Shown piece by piece: positions 35,364-47,031 of a DNA stretch of 64,000 nt. The position numbers and the translations under genes were made by a program. A model generated the notes under the pieces. The model had not been told where the DNA came from. It saw only the letters and a program-made list of their open reading frames with translations, and did no database searches. Source of the stretch: an uncultured Nitrospinota bacterium (lineage in GTDB: Bacteria; Tectomicrobia; Entotheonellia; J063; CAVPRW01). Each line of letters begins with the position of its first letter. Positions within the stretch are counted from its first letter, which is position 1. The DNA is taken from assembly GCA_963707985.1 (NCBI GenBank), contig CAVPRW010000035.1, forward strand, positions 64,001 to 128,000, given 5' to 3'.

Positions 35364-36575
35364 CTAGCGCCGCAACCACTGCTGTGTCAGCTCCAACACG
35401 CGTTCGACGTCCCTGGGCGTGTTGTAGACGTGCAAGGAAAAGCGCAGGACGCCACGGCGGATCGACAGGCGGACATCGTGGTCATGGAGGAACGTGTAGA
35501 GCTGGTTGAAGCGTTCGTCCTCGGTGCCGTAGTGGCTGCTGCCCAACTCGCCCACCGCGACGATGTGGGCCAGATGCGGCCCCGGGGCACCGCCGCAGAC
35601 GGGCAGACCGAGATCGAGAAATCCTTGCGCTAGCTGGTGCGATAGGCCGAGCACATGGCGCTCGATGGCCTGGATCTCATAAGCCAGCAACTGGGCCATC
35701 GACGCATCCGCGGCGGCGCAGCCGAGGAAGTTGTAGTTGCCGAGGTCGAACCGCCTGGCGGCCGGCATCAGCGTATAGTCATCGCTGCCCAGCGCCGCTT
35801 CGTGCGCATCACCTAAATCGACGCTGAAACGCGCCAGATAGGCCGGCTGCATCCGTTCCGCCCAGGCCCGGCGGCAATAGAGGAAGCCCATGCCGTAGAG
35901 CCCCAACAGGCCCTTCTGGGTCGAGACCGCCAGCCCGTCGATCTGCGAGGTCGCCACGTCGGTGGAGAGTACACCGCATGATTGCGCGGCATCGACCATG
36001 AAGAACACGCCGCGCTCGCGACAGGCACGGCCCAAACGGTCAACTTCCGTTCGAAAGCCGGGCGCAAAGGTCACCGTCGAGGCGGTCACCACGCGCGTGC
36101 GCGCGTCGATCCGACCGACCATCTCATCGATGGGGATATGGTCCCCTCGGGGGGACACCAGGCGTACCTCAACTCCCCGGCCGCGTAGGTTCAACCAGCA
36201 ATAGACATTGTTCGGGTGCTCCAGTTCCGGGCACAGCACCACATTGTCGCCCGCTTGCCAGGGCATGCCGGCCGCTACGATATTGAGGCCCTCGGAGACG
36301 TTCTTGGTCAGGGCCACCTCATCCGTATGGGCATTGATGAGCTGGGCGAAGCGACTGCGTGTGCGCTCGACCAGTGCGAAGTACTCGTCCTTCTGCGCCG
36401 AGCCCAGCATGCGGTCGTCGAGGTGGGTATCGAGCGCGGTGCGCACGGCACGGGAAATCACCCCCCGCGCGGCGACGTCCATGTAGGTGAGCTGCTCGGT
36501 GGCTGGAAACTCGCGCCAGGCCTCGGCGACGGGACTGGTGGAAGATTCGGATACGGCTATGCGGGTGTGTGCCAT
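35364..36575 (-). CDS. Class V PLP-dependent aminotransferase-fold enzyme
   Basis: TKNVSEGLN, EHPNN, VDAAQSCG, PLP lysine in STQKGLLG, LRFSLHVYN; GGAGG SD. Confidence 0.88.
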   Translation of the reverse strand: MAHTRIAVSESSTSPVAEAWREFPATEQLTYMDVAARGVISRAVRTALDTHLDDRMLGSAQKDEYFALVERTRSRFAQLINAHTDEVALTKNVSEGLNIVAAGMPWQAGDNVVLCPELEHPNNVYCWLNLRGRGVEVRLVSPRGDHIPIDEMVGRIDARTRVVTASTVTFAPGFRTEVDRLGRACRERGVFFMVDAAQSCGVLSTDVATSQIDGLAVSTQKGLLGLYGMGFLYCRRAWAERMQPAYLARFSVDLGDAHEAALGSDDYTLMPAARRFDLGNYNFLGCAAADASMAQLLAYEIQAIERHVLGLSHQLAQGFLDLGLPVCGGAPGPHLAHIVAVGELGSSHYGTEDERFNQLYTFLHDHDVRLSIRRGVLRFSLHVYNTPRDVERVLELTQQWLRR

Positions 36576-36659
36576 CGATAGACCTCCTGGACGTGTTCGA
36601 CGGAAAGGCGTTCCTCGCGCAGGTCGGGCTCGATCGGTCATAGACCAGGGGCTCGACTG

Positions 36660-36790
36660 CCCCACGATGACCGTCGGGGCAGTGGTGGTCGTGGGGAGCT
36701 GATGATCGTGGTACGTGCCTGTCGTCAGCTGCGCCAGCACGAGGTCGGTGAACGTGCCGCCGGAATCAATGCCGATCCAGATGTTTTGTA
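36660..36790 (-). pseudogene. Hydantoinase/oxoprolinase A N-terminal remnant
   Basis: IWIGIDSGGTFTDLVL motif, then degenerates. Confidence 0.6.
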
Positions 36791-37101
36791 TAAGGTTGTT
36801 TTCAAATACCCCGACAGAGGGATGGACTGCTGCTCCGTGTCAGCTCTACCTCCCGCCCTCGCTCGGTGCTCACCGTGTGGCCGGGGGGACAAGGGGTCTT
36901 ACCGTTGGGCGAGCATACCATAAGGGTAAAACGGTGTGCAATGACGAGGCGCTTCCACGGACAGGCTCCTCACGCACGGCCCTGCCGCCCTATCGGCTTC
37001 GCCCAAAGCTATGGTATGATACGGACGGCACCAGGACGGCGTGGCTCACGACGCCAGACCTGTGGCCCGGATGAGGTCTACGAGCCGGAGAGGAGGAGGA
37101 C

Positions 37102-38125
37102 ATGGCCGATATGCAATTCGGGTTGATGCTCAGGGCCCAGTTCCCGCCCGGGGACGACATGCAAGCGCACTTTCGCGAGTTGGTCGAGCAGGCAAGGCTG
37201 GCGAATAGGCTAGGCTATGCCAGCCTCACCACTGGTATGCATTACAGCAGCACCCCCTGGCAGGGTTTTCAGCAGTTTCCCTTCCTGTCCCGCCTGATGG
37301 CAGAGGCGCCCGATCTGCGCGTCAACTTTGGCCTTGTGCTCCTGTCGCTCCACAAGCCACTGGATATCGCCGAACAGCTGGCCACGATTGATGTGATGAG
37401 TGGTGGCAAGGTGATCTTTGGCGCCGCCCTGGGCTATCGCGAGGTGGAGTATCTCGCGTTCGGCACCACCCAGAAAGCGCGTGTCAAACGCTTCGAGGAA
37501 AATCTCGAAGCCATCAAACGCCTGTGGACCGAGGACGTCGTGGACATGGTAGGCTCTCATTTCATCCTGAAAGGCGCTTCAGTTCCGACCAGGCCGGTGC
37601 AACAGCCACATCCCCCTATCTGGATTGGCGCCAATGCTGATCCAGCCATCCAGCGCGCCGCTCGCCTTGGCGATTGCTGGTACGTGAACCCGCATAATCG
37701 CCTCGACACCATCGTGCGGCAGGTGGAGGTGTATACGCGAGCGCTCGAGAGCTACGGCAAGCCGTTCCCGAAGGAATTTCCGGCGCGTCGCGAGGTCTTC
37801 GTCGCCCGGTCGCGAGACGAGGCTATACGGCTCTGTGCGCCGTTCCTTGGGGCCAAATACCAGGCCTACGAACAGTGGGGGCAGAGTAAGGTGATGCCCG
37901 CGGGGGATAACAACCTCGGGGTTGATTTTGACGAATTGATCAAGGATCGCTTTCTGCTAGGGTCGCCGGACGAGGTGGCCGAGCAGATGCTGGCGCTGCA
38001 CCGGACTACGGGCATCAATCACCTAATCATGAGTGTGCAATGGCCCGGTATGGCGCAAAGTCTGGTGCTCGACGAGCTGCATATGCTGAGCCGAGGAGGT
38101 CTTCCCGAAGGTGCGACAGGGCTGA
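37102..38125 (+). CDS. LLM-class flavin-dependent oxidoreductase (frameshift near C-terminus)
   Basis: AEQLATIDVMSGGK, QPHPPIWIG, RAARLGD, GSPDEV; probable end EEVFPKVRQG*. Confidence 0.9.
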
Positions 38126-38364
38126 GACGCCATGCCTGACGCCGAGTCACGGATACCCGATCGGGCAGGCACCCGCGAGGCCATCTCAATTCACGTCTCG
38201 TTGCCTTGTCTGGCGGGAGGATCGTGTGGGCACGCCATCCCAGTCCTTTGGGGTCATTGAACGCCGGATGCCAACGGTCGATGCTCTCGAAAAAGTCATC
38301 GGAACGGCGATGAGACGCCGGCAGGAGTCTGGCCTTCCTCCCACGCCGTCCTGGTATGGGCCGT

Positions 38365-39357
38365 CTACCACGGCCGGAACGGCCGCAGGTGCGTGGTCGG
38401 GGTATGCCACGTGTGCGCCAGGGCTTGCAAGATGCCGTCCAACTCCTCCATCTCGGCGGCCGAGAGGTGCCAGTCCGCCGCCCTGGCGTTGGCGGTGATT
38501 TGCTCCGGGGTGGTGGCGCCGGCGATGACACTGCTCACCTGGGGATGGGCCAGTAACCAGGCGAAGGCCAGTTCCACCAGCGGGCGGGAACGCACGGCAG
38601 CAAAGGCCTCCAGCTTGTCCAAGACGTCGAAATTCTCCGCCGTGAGGATGGTCGAGGCGCGTTGCGTCTGGACGGCGAACCGTGTGCCGATCCCCGGCTG
38701 CTGGCCCCGCCGGTATTTGCCCGTGAGAAAGCCGCTGGCCAGCGGGAAATAGGGAAGAATCCCCACATGATAGCGCGTGCAACACGGCAGAAGCTCTTTC
38801 TCAACGGCGCGTTTAAGCATACTGTACTCGGGCTCCACACTGACCAGCGGTTCGAGCCCCAGGGCCCTGGCTGTGCCCATAGCTTCAGCCACTTGCCAGG
38901 CGGCAAAATTGGAACAGCCGACGTAGCGGACCTTCCCTTGTTGCACCAGATGGTCCATGGTGCGAAGGGTTTCTTCCAAGGGGGTAAAGGGGTCGTAGTA
39001 GTGGATCTGGTACAGGTCGAGGTAATCCGTCTGGAGTTGCTGCAGACTGCGGTCGATGTGCTCCAGGATGTGTTTACGTGAGCCCCCGTGCATGTTGGGA
39101 CCCTCGCCCATGTTGGACCCCACTTTGGTGGCCAGCAGGACCTGGCCACGGTGGCCGTGCAACGCCTTACCGATGAAGGCTTCTGCCTGACCCTCCCCAT
39201 AGGTGTTGGAGGTCTCGATGAAGTTAATGCCCACCTCAACCGCCTGGCGTAAGACACGTTCGGCGGCGGCATAATCCAGACGTGGGCCGAAATTATTCGT
39301 GCCCAACCCAATGACGGAAACCTGGAGGCCCGAGTGTCCCAACCGACGATATTCCAT
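38365..39357 (-). CDS. Aldo/keto reductase
   Basis: MEYRRLGHSGLQVSVIGLG, ATKVG, DYLDLYQIH, GKVRYVGCSN, PYFPLASGFLTGKY. Confidence 0.93.
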   Translation of the reverse strand: MEYRRLGHSGLQVSVIGLGTNNFGPRLDYAAAERVLRQAVEVGINFIETSNTYGEGQAEAFIGKALHGHRGQVLLATKVGSNMGEGPNMHGGSRKHILEHIDRSLQQLQTDYLDLYQIHYYDPFTPLEETLRTMDHLVQQGKVRYVGCSNFAAWQVAEAMGTARALGLEPLVSVEPEYSMLKRAVEKELLPCCTRYHVGILPYFPLASGFLTGKYRRGQQPGIGTRFAVQTQRASTILTAENFDVLDKLEAFAAVRSRPLVELAFAWLLAHPQVSSVIAGATTPEQITANARAADWHLSAAEMEELDGILQALAHTWHTPTTHLRPFRPW

Positions 39358-39409
39358 CCCTGACTCCTCGTGGATGCACGTGTACGCAGGAAGCAGATAC
39401 CGCCAGAGC

Positions 39410-40525
39410 CTAGTCACCACCCTCGTCCACGGGTGCTGCAACAATGGCCGCCCGCAGCCGCGGCACGATCTCCTGGCTCACGCGTATGCACTCCTCTACG
39501 TGAGGGAAACCCGACAGGATGAACTCATCGATGCCCAGACGCCAATAGGTGAGGAGTTCGTCGGTCACCTGTTGCGGCGTGCCGACAATGGCGGTCCCGC
39601 AGTTGACCCGGACCGTGGACAGGCCATTCCAGAGATGGGCACCTATACGATGCTGGGCCACACGCATCGCCTGGGCCTGCTGTCCCACCATCGGCGTACC
39701 GACCATGACGGCCTGGCGCTGCTGCACGACGTGCGGATCCGCATGGGCAATCAGGCTCTCGGCCGCGGACCAGGCGGCATCCGAGTTGTCGCCTATCACC
39801 AGGTGTGTACGCAACCCAAACCTGACCGTGCGACCACACGCCTGGGCCTGCGCCGTGACCCGCTCAATCCGCGCGGCGATCTGTTCTAGTGGCTCAATCC
39901 ACATCAAGTACACATCGGCGTGCCGCGCTGCCAGAGACTCGGCACGTGGCGAGGCACCCCCCTGATAGAAACGCGGTGTGCCAACAGGTGGCGGGGAGCA
40001 GCGGGCGCCGTGCAGGGTGATGTAGGTCCCATTGAAATCGGTCAGCTTTCCCGTCCACAGCGCTCGACAAGCCTGCATGAACTCTTCAGCCTGTGCATAA
40101 CGCCCCGCGTGGTCGATTGCGACCCCCAGACGTTCGAAGTCTCCCGGAATCCCCCCAGGCACGATGTTGATATCCACCCGGCCATGGCTGATCTGATCCA
40201 GCGTCGCGATCATCTTCGCCATCAGTCCGGCGGCGATGAACCCCGGCCGGATGGCAATGAGGAAGCGAATCCGGCTCGTGACCGCGGCCAGGGCCGTGGC
40301 CATGGTCCAGGTCTCCGCCAACGGCGCGCCTTCATCAAAGAGTCCATTGACAAAGCGGGTGGGGATCAGCAGGGAAGAGAATCCTAACCTCTCCGCCGTC
40401 TGCACGATCTCGCGTAAGTAGTCAAAGGTTGGGGGTCGTTCCGCCTGTATGGTCCCTAAGTGAACCCCGTCCCCATCAATGGGAATAAACCAATCGAACC
40501 TCGGTTCTGGACGTGCGGCACTCAT
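39410..40525 (-). CDS. LLM-class, alkanesulfonate monooxygenase (SsuD)-like
   Basis: WFIP, LLIPT, FLIAIRPG, YQGGAS, ADVYLMW, AIVGTPQQV, FILSGFPH. Confidence 0.88.
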   Translation of the reverse strand: MSAARPEPRFDWFIPIDGDGVHLGTIQAERPPTFDYLREIVQTAERLGFSSLLIPTRFVNGLFDEGAPLAETWTMATALAAVTSRIRFLIAIRPGFIAAGLMAKMIATLDQISHGRVDINIVPGGIPGDFERLGVAIDHAGRYAQAEEFMQACRALWTGKLTDFNGTYITLHGARCSPPPVGTPRFYQGGASPRAESLAARHADVYLMWIEPLEQIAARIERVTAQAQACGRTVRFGLRTHLVIGDNSDAAWSAAESLIAHADPHVVQQRQAVMVGTPMVGQQAQAMRVAQHRIGAHLWNGLSTVRVNCGTAIVGTPQQVTDELLTYWRLGIDEFILSGFPHVEECIRVSQEIVPRLRAAIVAAPVDEGGD

Positions 40526-40994
40526 AAGGTTGGCTCCTCGTGCCGACGATCACCCGTGTCAGGCACCGGTATGTCACGTTCTGATATCACCATATATAGG
40601 ACGGGCGTAAGACACCTATCGTATCACATACAGTCGGATACTGTTGGCGAACCGATTTCAATGCTTTAAGGCTGACCTTTCGGCGCGGGATTTTCTAGGC
40701 TCTTGATCTTCAAAGATGCGGTATACGAGGTACAATTTCCGGCTCTTCGGGGTTCGCCTACAGTATCCAGTCGTTCGTGAGACTGTATGGCAGCAGAGCC
40801 CGCCCATCACTCTTCCAGGTCACTCGCAGTGCCTCAGCGCCTCGAGTCCTCCACATCATCCCTGCTCTACTCGGAATGCTCCAGCGTCCCCACGCACGAT
40901 GGTATAGCGATCCCCCTGGTTCGGATGGAACCTGTGACGTTGGACGTGATGGACGCGGGCGCCTTGGATCATTCCCCACCCACAGGCTGATCGT

Positions 40995-42476
40995 TCAGGT
41001 ACGGATCTGCAGGGCACAAAATTCATGGTCGGGTGCCTGGGCTTCCGGCGCCATCTTTGGCTCACTCCAGAGGGTCTGGGACCTCCAGATCCCGGGGTCC
41101 AGGATGTTGTGAAAATTCTCGGGGCTTTCACAGTCGGCCCACATGTAATAGGGTTTGGTCCAACCGTGAGCGGTTGAGACCTCCAACACCAACATCGCCT
41201 TCGAGAGCTGTTTGATGGTGCGGTTCCTGAAAAAACGCTTCACGCTGGCATGAAAACAGTGATGCAGGCTAAAACTGAACACCACCACCGTGGGTATCTC
41301 CGAATCGAGGTAGTCGGTCGGGCGTGCGTCGACCCGCTCGATGGAGCCTTTCCGCAGCGTCCAATGGGTGGGGAATGGCGTACGCCCGATTTTTCTCGTG
41401 CAGTTCGCCCGAAAGTTGCGCCGCATGTAAGCACTGGGTTCGAGGCCTTCATACGTGATCTCGTCCACAGGCAGGCCGAGCCTGGTGCAGGCCATGACCA
41501 GGTCAACGGCGAGTGCCCCGGAGCCGGCGCCGATGTCGAGGATTTTCAGGGGGGTGCCGGTCTGTTTCACCTGGAGGACGTCTTCCGCCAACCGCACCTT
41601 GGCCAGGGCGAACTGGGGCAGCATGCGCTCCAGCAGCCGGTCATAATGCGTGGTGAAGAGGTTCGCTTCGCCGGTGGTGGGCGAGATGGCGCTGTAGTAT
41701 TGAGTATTCAAGGCATCCCAGGTCTCGCGGTCAATATGGTCCCCCCACCCGGTTGTGATGTCATAACAGAGGTTGTGTTCGGCCCGCGAGGCGGTGGTGA
41801 TCTTTCGACCGGACAGGGCCAAGTACCGGATGCAGTGGTCGTAGAGGTCGGTGACGTGGTACGCCCCGGATGCCGTGTCGTACGTCACAATGTCTTCATC
41901 GGGGACGAACAGTTTGTCGAAGGCCGTTTGTAACAGGAACAGCATGGCATAAAAACGGGCGTCCTCGGGTGCGAGTGCCGCGCCGTCCGCGGCCGAGCGT
42001 CCCCGAATCGAGGCGGAGAGGCCGTCGAGCACCTGGTCCCTGGCCGTCTCCTCGATCCGGCCTGGCAGTCCCTCCTTGATGCTGTTATCGACGAACAGGA
42101 TTTGCGCCAGGAGCATGGCAACGCTGTTCATCTGCGCGTAGGCCGCACACGTGTGCTGACGGTGCCGGCGCATGACGGCGTATTGCGCCTGGGTTTTCAT
42201 GGTGGTCAAGAGGGTATGCATAGTTGCGAAGTCAGGCGGCGTTAAGTGGCCCATGAGTGCCTTGTCCCTAAATGGCCGCAAGGCGTCGTCGGAGGGCCGT
42301 GCCACCAGCGTCTTGACATAATGCTGGTAGACGGCGCGCTCCTGTGCTCTCGGGCTGGTGGTGTCCCGAGGCAGGATGTCTTCCAGCGCCAGGCTGACCG
42401 TGGGAAAGCCATGGTCGGCGGTGAAAAAGGAGTCCATCAGGACATGCCCTCCTGAGGTGGGCGGATACGCCGCCAT
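40995..42476 (-). CDS. Protein with C-terminal class I SAM-dependent methyltransferase domain
   Basis: ILDIGAGSG, GLEPS, FSFSLHH; ~300-aa unrecognised N-terminus. Confidence 0.7.
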   Translation of the reverse strand: MAAYPPTSGGHVLMDSFFTADHGFPTVSLALEDILPRDTTSPRAQERAVYQHYVKTLVARPSDDALRPFRDKALMGHLTPPDFATMHTLLTTMKTQAQYAVMRRHRQHTCAAYAQMNSVAMLLAQILFVDNSIKEGLPGRIEETARDQVLDGLSASIRGRSAADGAALAPEDARFYAMLFLLQTAFDKLFVPDEDIVTYDTASGAYHVTDLYDHCIRYLALSGRKITTASRAEHNLCYDITTGWGDHIDRETWDALNTQYYSAISPTTGEANLFTTHYDRLLERMLPQFALAKVRLAEDVLQVKQTGTPLKILDIGAGSGALAVDLVMACTRLGLPVDEITYEGLEPSAYMRRNFRANCTRKIGRTPFPTHWTLRKGSIERVDARPTDYLDSEIPTVVVFSFSLHHCFHASVKRFFRNRTIKQLSKAMLVLEVSTAHGWTKPYYMWADCESPENFHNILDPGIWRSQTLWSEPKMAPEAQAPDHEFCALQIRT

Positions 42477-42528
42477 GAGAAGAGGAGACCCTCCAGCAGG
42501 GGCGCGGTGATCAGAGGCGTCATCACGA

Positions 42529-42944
42529 CTAGCGTGACAATCTCTTCAAATATGCCAAGAGCTTGTCTGGAAAGTTCACGGTCATGCCATCAGCGCCGGC
42601 CTCAACGACCTGGCGCATCAGCGCTTCGTCGGTCACGCCCCACGCCCGCACCACGAATCCCTCTGCGTGCAGGCGGCGCACCAAGGCTGGGGTCACGGTG
42701 TTCGCCCATCGAGCGCCCACAGCTCCTCCAGAGTATGGCTCCCCACCGGTCCGGTGCCATTCGTCGTCCGGTCGACCGTATCATCGTGCATCACGATAAC
42801 ATGGCTGTCTCGAGTGAGGTCGACATCCAGCTCAAGATGGCGACACCCCAGGTCGAGTGCCAAATCAAAGGCTGCCAACGTATTCTCCGGGGCATAGGAT
42901 GAGGCACCCCGATGGGCAATGACCATGAAGTCTGCAGTCGTCAT
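42529..42944 (-). pseudogene. Glycerophosphodiester phosphodiesterase with internal deletion
   Basis: AHRGAS…PENTLAAF…ELDV…MHDDTVDRTTNG joined out of frame to VRAWGV…GADGMTVNFPD. Confidence 0.8.
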
Positions 42945-42989
42945 TGGGCACACTCCCATGCCAGTGTCAGGTCAACATCGAGCCCTTGA

Positions 42990-43343
42990 GGGGATCGCTG
43001 CACTGTGTGATGCGAAAGCTGCCGTTGGACATACCTCCCAGATGAGGTTCATCGTGGCCTGCAGCTCGCCGAAGACCGCCGTGGTGCCAATGAACGGGAT
43101 GATGAGGCCAACGACGGTGGCCAAGGTGCCCCCCTCGGGAATTGAGGTGGTGAGCATGTAGGTGACGAGTTCCCGGCCGCTAGGGACTATAAAGCTTTCG
43201 AGCTGGGCTTCGAGTTAGCTAGCCACCTGTGGCCGTCCGAGCACCAGCTCCACCACGCCGACGATGAGCAGGACCAGCGGCGCCAGGGAGAGCGCCGTAG
43301 AGGATCGTAGCGCTCCTGCGATAGCGATGTCGTCCACGGCCAT
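42990..43343 (-). pseudogene. YihY/BrkB membrane protein fragment
   Basis: LSLAPLVLL…GTTAVFGELQATMNLIWEV. Confidence 0.6.
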
Positions 43344-43413
43344 GCCTCAGGCGTCAGGACGGCGAGCTGACGGTCGGCACACGGCCCCGCGTAAGCTTTC
43401 CTGCCAGGCATGC

Positions 43414-43833
43414 CTACTTGGGCACCGCCGTGGTCAGGGGTTGGCCTTTGTCGGCCAGATAGAAGGCCAGTATCTTCACCGCCGCCGTGGCGCTAGCGTT
43501 CTGGCCTTCGTGCACCTGCTGGGGCGGCTGCTGGAACGCGTCCCCCGGCTTGAAGGTGATCGCCGGCTTCCCCTCCATTGTCATGGACAGTGAACCTTCG
43601 AGGACATAGGCAATTTCTTGCCCCGCATGCCAATGCTTGCCTGTGGTCGCTCCAGGAGCAATCTCCGCGAAGACGACGACTGCCTCTTTCCCCTCCACCC
43701 CCGCCACGTCCGTGCGCAGGAGGATGGTGCGGGTGACCGGTTCCTGCTGGGCACTCAGACGCTGATGCCCCAACCCACCCATGATGAGTCCCAGAGCGAA
43801 GACCACGGCCATGGTGACACCTGTTCGCTTCAT
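43414..43833 (-). CDS. Secreted cupin-domain protein
   Basis: Signal-peptide-like N-terminus; HWHAGQEIAYVLEG…PGDAF…VHEG. Confidence 0.88.
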   Translation of the reverse strand: MKRTGVTMAVVFALGLIMGGLGHQRLSAQQEPVTRTILLRTDVAGVEGKEAVVVFAEIAPGATTGKHWHAGQEIAYVLEGSLSMTMEGKPAITFKPGDAFQQPPQQVHEGQNASATAAVKILAFYLADKGQPLTTAVPK

Positions 43834-44050
43834 CGCGTCCTCCTGTCAGCGGCGGTCGATCCCGCTGCACGGTTCCTCTCTGCCTCGTGGACTATTGCCT
43901 CGACCCTATTCCTTCCTTCTACCTAACCCATGCACAGGAACGCTTGATCATACGCCAGCAGCCGGCGAAACACCACCCATGTGGCTGGATAGCGGAATAG
44001 AAATTTACGCGAGAATTTTATCTCTTTGATTTTGTTGTCGACGAAACTGA

Positions 44051-44362
44051 TTGATCACACTACCCTGGCGTAAAAATCTGGTCGTCTGCCACCCAGGCCC
44101 ATGTCACCGCTGTGGGAGTCTCGCGTTGCAGCGCAACGGCCATACCGCGGCCGGGCACCAAAAGTACCACTGTGTCACTCTCATCTCTTATGGCACGCTG
44201 GAGACCAAGGACGCCGCGCGAGGAGCCCAGCGTCAGCTCGTTGAGCGATTGCAGTGCGAGCGCTTGTCGCAACGGGCCATGGCGCATATGACTGGCCTGG
44301 GTCACCCCCCTATCGTGAAAATGCTCGATCAACGGTCGCGCACCTCATCGCCGCCCGGTTGA
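44051..44362 (+). mobile_element. IS1-family InsA-like remnant
   Basis: CHRCGS…RNGHTAAGHQKYHC Zn ribbon plus HTH ERLSQRAMA. Confidence 0.6.
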
Positions 44363-44566
44363 CGCCCTTGGTTGCTGGATTGTGGATCGCCAATCCGAAA
44401 GCGCTGCCCGCATTGAGGTGCGCGATATGGCGAGCCAGCCCCCAGTGGGAGTCGTCGTTTTTGATTATTCACCCCGGTGCGTAGGAGTGTGGGGTTGCGA
44501 CTCGCGGTGTGACACGGTTGCCCTTGTGCAAGGCCCTGGAGTCCCCGCTTTGCACTACAATTCCTG

Positions 44567-44667
44567 AGAGTGTTCAATTGCAGAGAGATATTAACCCTAT
44601 TCATCTCTCTATCTCATTGATTTCTCAAGATAGTTGTTCTACCTATCTCTCTAGTTTTTAACACTCT
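44567..44667. mobile_element. MITE-like 101-bp AT-rich element
   Basis: 24-bp imperfect terminal inverted repeats AGAGTGTT-N7-AGAGAGATA (19/24 match). Confidence 0.5.
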
Positions 44668-44680
44668 TTTCGAGTCGTTC

Positions 44681-44940
44681 GTGCGCCTCGATGACTGGAA
44701 AGCGGGCCGCCAAGAGGGCAGCGGATTGGGTCGGTACCTAAGCCGCAAACTTGCTGATTTGCTCGGCGGCGAGATTACCCTGAAAAGCGAAGACGGTAGC
44801 GGGAGCACATTCACGCTCGCGATCCGTGAGTCGGCAACCTCCAGCCCCCCGGTGAGGCGTCGATGATGGCGACGATCTTCAGCGTCGACGACCAACCCAC
44901 CAATCGCAACGTGTTGAGCACGATTCTGGGCTTGAGCGTC
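44681..44940 (+). pseudogene. Histidine kinase C-terminal remnant and response regulator N-terminal remnant
   Basis: EGSGLG…LLGGEITLKS…GSTFTL, then MATIFSVDDQPTNR. Confidence 0.65.
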
Positions 44941-45729
44941 CATGGTCTCTGGGAGGGACTGGACAAGACCTGCAGCGAACCGCCCGCCCTCAAACTGGCC
45001 GCCCATCCTGTGTATGTATGACAGCACACGCTCCTGCAATGCGACCTCGAGACCCGCGATCGTGACGCGTGAGGGTGTGTCGATGCCAAGGTTCTTCTAC
45101 CCGGGCACGCGTCAGTGTCAAACGCGCTGCGGACGCCACGGCTCACGACGACGCCCCAACCGTTCACCACCGATGCGACGCTGGAAGCCTTCATCGTGCT
45201 GTTAGCACAGAACCCCAGGGGCAAGGAGGCGGATCGCCACGCGGGCATGAGTGGCGCCGGCATTGTCGATCACCTCCGTCACAGCCGCTGTGCAACGCGG
45301 ACAGAACGGCGTGGTTCTGGCGGTCATCCCATGGCACTCGACCGTATATGGTCACTTGCCGCGCTGAGACATGCTCAGCCACCCACGTGGATAGATGTCC
45401 ACCGACCTCTGCTTACGCTCGACTCGCCCGGCACTCCAGGGTCGTCACCGGGGCCTTGGCCATTTCAGCCAGGAACGCCTCGGCGCTGCCGTATGGCTGG
45501 TCCGGTAAGAGGCTGGCCCCCAGAGTGAAGGGGCACGGGGAGGCATAGGGGGCCAGGGGCAGCTGTTCGTGTCGCAAACGCTGTCGACAGATCTCGACCG
45601 CGACACTTTTGGGTCATGAAGACCATGGCCCATTGTTGGGCGCTTGTCTCGCGATCATACGTGAAGCCCCATGCGACTCAGCCGTACGATTGGACACCGA
45701 CACGGGGACGCTCCCCCACAATCCTCGTC

Positions 45730-46780
45730 CATCGGGAGCCCTAGAGTCTTATTTCCCCTTGACCGTGGAGGCCAAGCTCGCCATTGCCGACGATTTGGGC
45801 CAGCCGCTTGCCAAACTCCCGGCGGACGACCGGACCTTCATCGACTAGGTCCTGGCTGAAACGCTGAGGCAGCGTCACGTCTTCGCGCAGGTCCGCGAGC
45901 ATTTTCGGCGGAAACCTTTGGGAGAGGAACATGCGGGTTGAAGTGATGCAGCATTACGGGCTCACGCAGCCACTCAGCCAGGCGGGCTATGACGAAACCT
46001 AACACCACCAGCAACTAATCAAGGACATCAAAGGTGCCATTCTTGAGGGACGACTGATCGCTGTGTGCGGCGGGATTGGGAGGGGCAAGACCGTCATCGT
46101 GCGCCGTCTACAACAGCATCTCAAGGAAGAAAATCGTGTCCTCGTCGCCAAATCGTTGGCGGTTGAAAAGTACAGCATCAAGCTGGGCATACTGATGACC
46201 GCGCTGTTCTATGACCTCTCCACTGAGGAACCGCTACGCATCCCGATCGAGGGCGAGAAACGTGAGTGGGACTTGCGTGAACTGGTCACAAAGAACAAAT
46301 GCCCGGTCGCCCTCTTTATTGACGAAGCCCATGACCTCAACGACTATACGCTGACGGGCCTCAAGCGCCTGATGGAAGTCGTCGAGGATGGCGACGGGAG
46401 GTTGTCAATCGCCCTCGCCGGCAGCCAGCGCCAGTACCTCAACTGGCTGCTTGACGCCTGCACCGAGCGCACGGTTGCAGCACAGGCCATTCTGACCGCG
46501 GACGCAATCGACCTCCCGGCCACCAAGCTCCGCACCCCGCTGCAGATTCAGCTGCACCTGACGCTCGCGCTGGACGTCGGTGACCAGGCTGGCGAGCAGC
46601 CCATCTCCGCTGATCTGGTGGAAAGCGTCCTGTCGAAACAGCTCAAAGACCTGGTCGAACAGTTCGATGCCCGCCCGGCAGAGCTCAAGACGCTGTTCAA
46701 TAACCAGCTTGATCCTACCCGCACCGCCGAATGACGGGATCGGATGCTCGCGACAAGCTTACCAATTGGTGGGCGGTGAG
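45730..46780 (+). mobile_element. Degraded transposon: integrase-core tail plus ExeA/AAA ATPase pseudogene
   Basis: AKLAIADDLGQPLAKL…; MRVEVMQHYGL (45931) with internal stop, GGIGRGKT, LFIDEAHDL, GLKRLMEV, LRTPLQI. Confidence 0.7.
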
Positions 46781-47031
46781 TGGCAGGGACTGTGGGCCTG
46801 CCACGATGGATTGGAAGCCGGCCGCATCTTCCTAGATGTGCTGGACCTCAAGTGGTCCGGACACGCCGTGCAGGTCTTAGGCATCAGTCAGGCGCTGTTC
46901 ATCAATATACGCAACTGCCTCGGGGATTTGACCCTCAGTGAGGTGACTCACCCCACTAAAGAGAACGACGTGTTGTCCTCAGATTCAGGGGTCAGTCAGA
47001 AATTTATGCATGGGCTGAGGGTCCTCATAGT

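Noticed and set aside
35364..36575. Cysteine desulfurase/selenocysteine lyase assignment
   Set aside because: No recognisable catalytic Cys loop (SACS or GHHC type); kept as a generic class V enzyme
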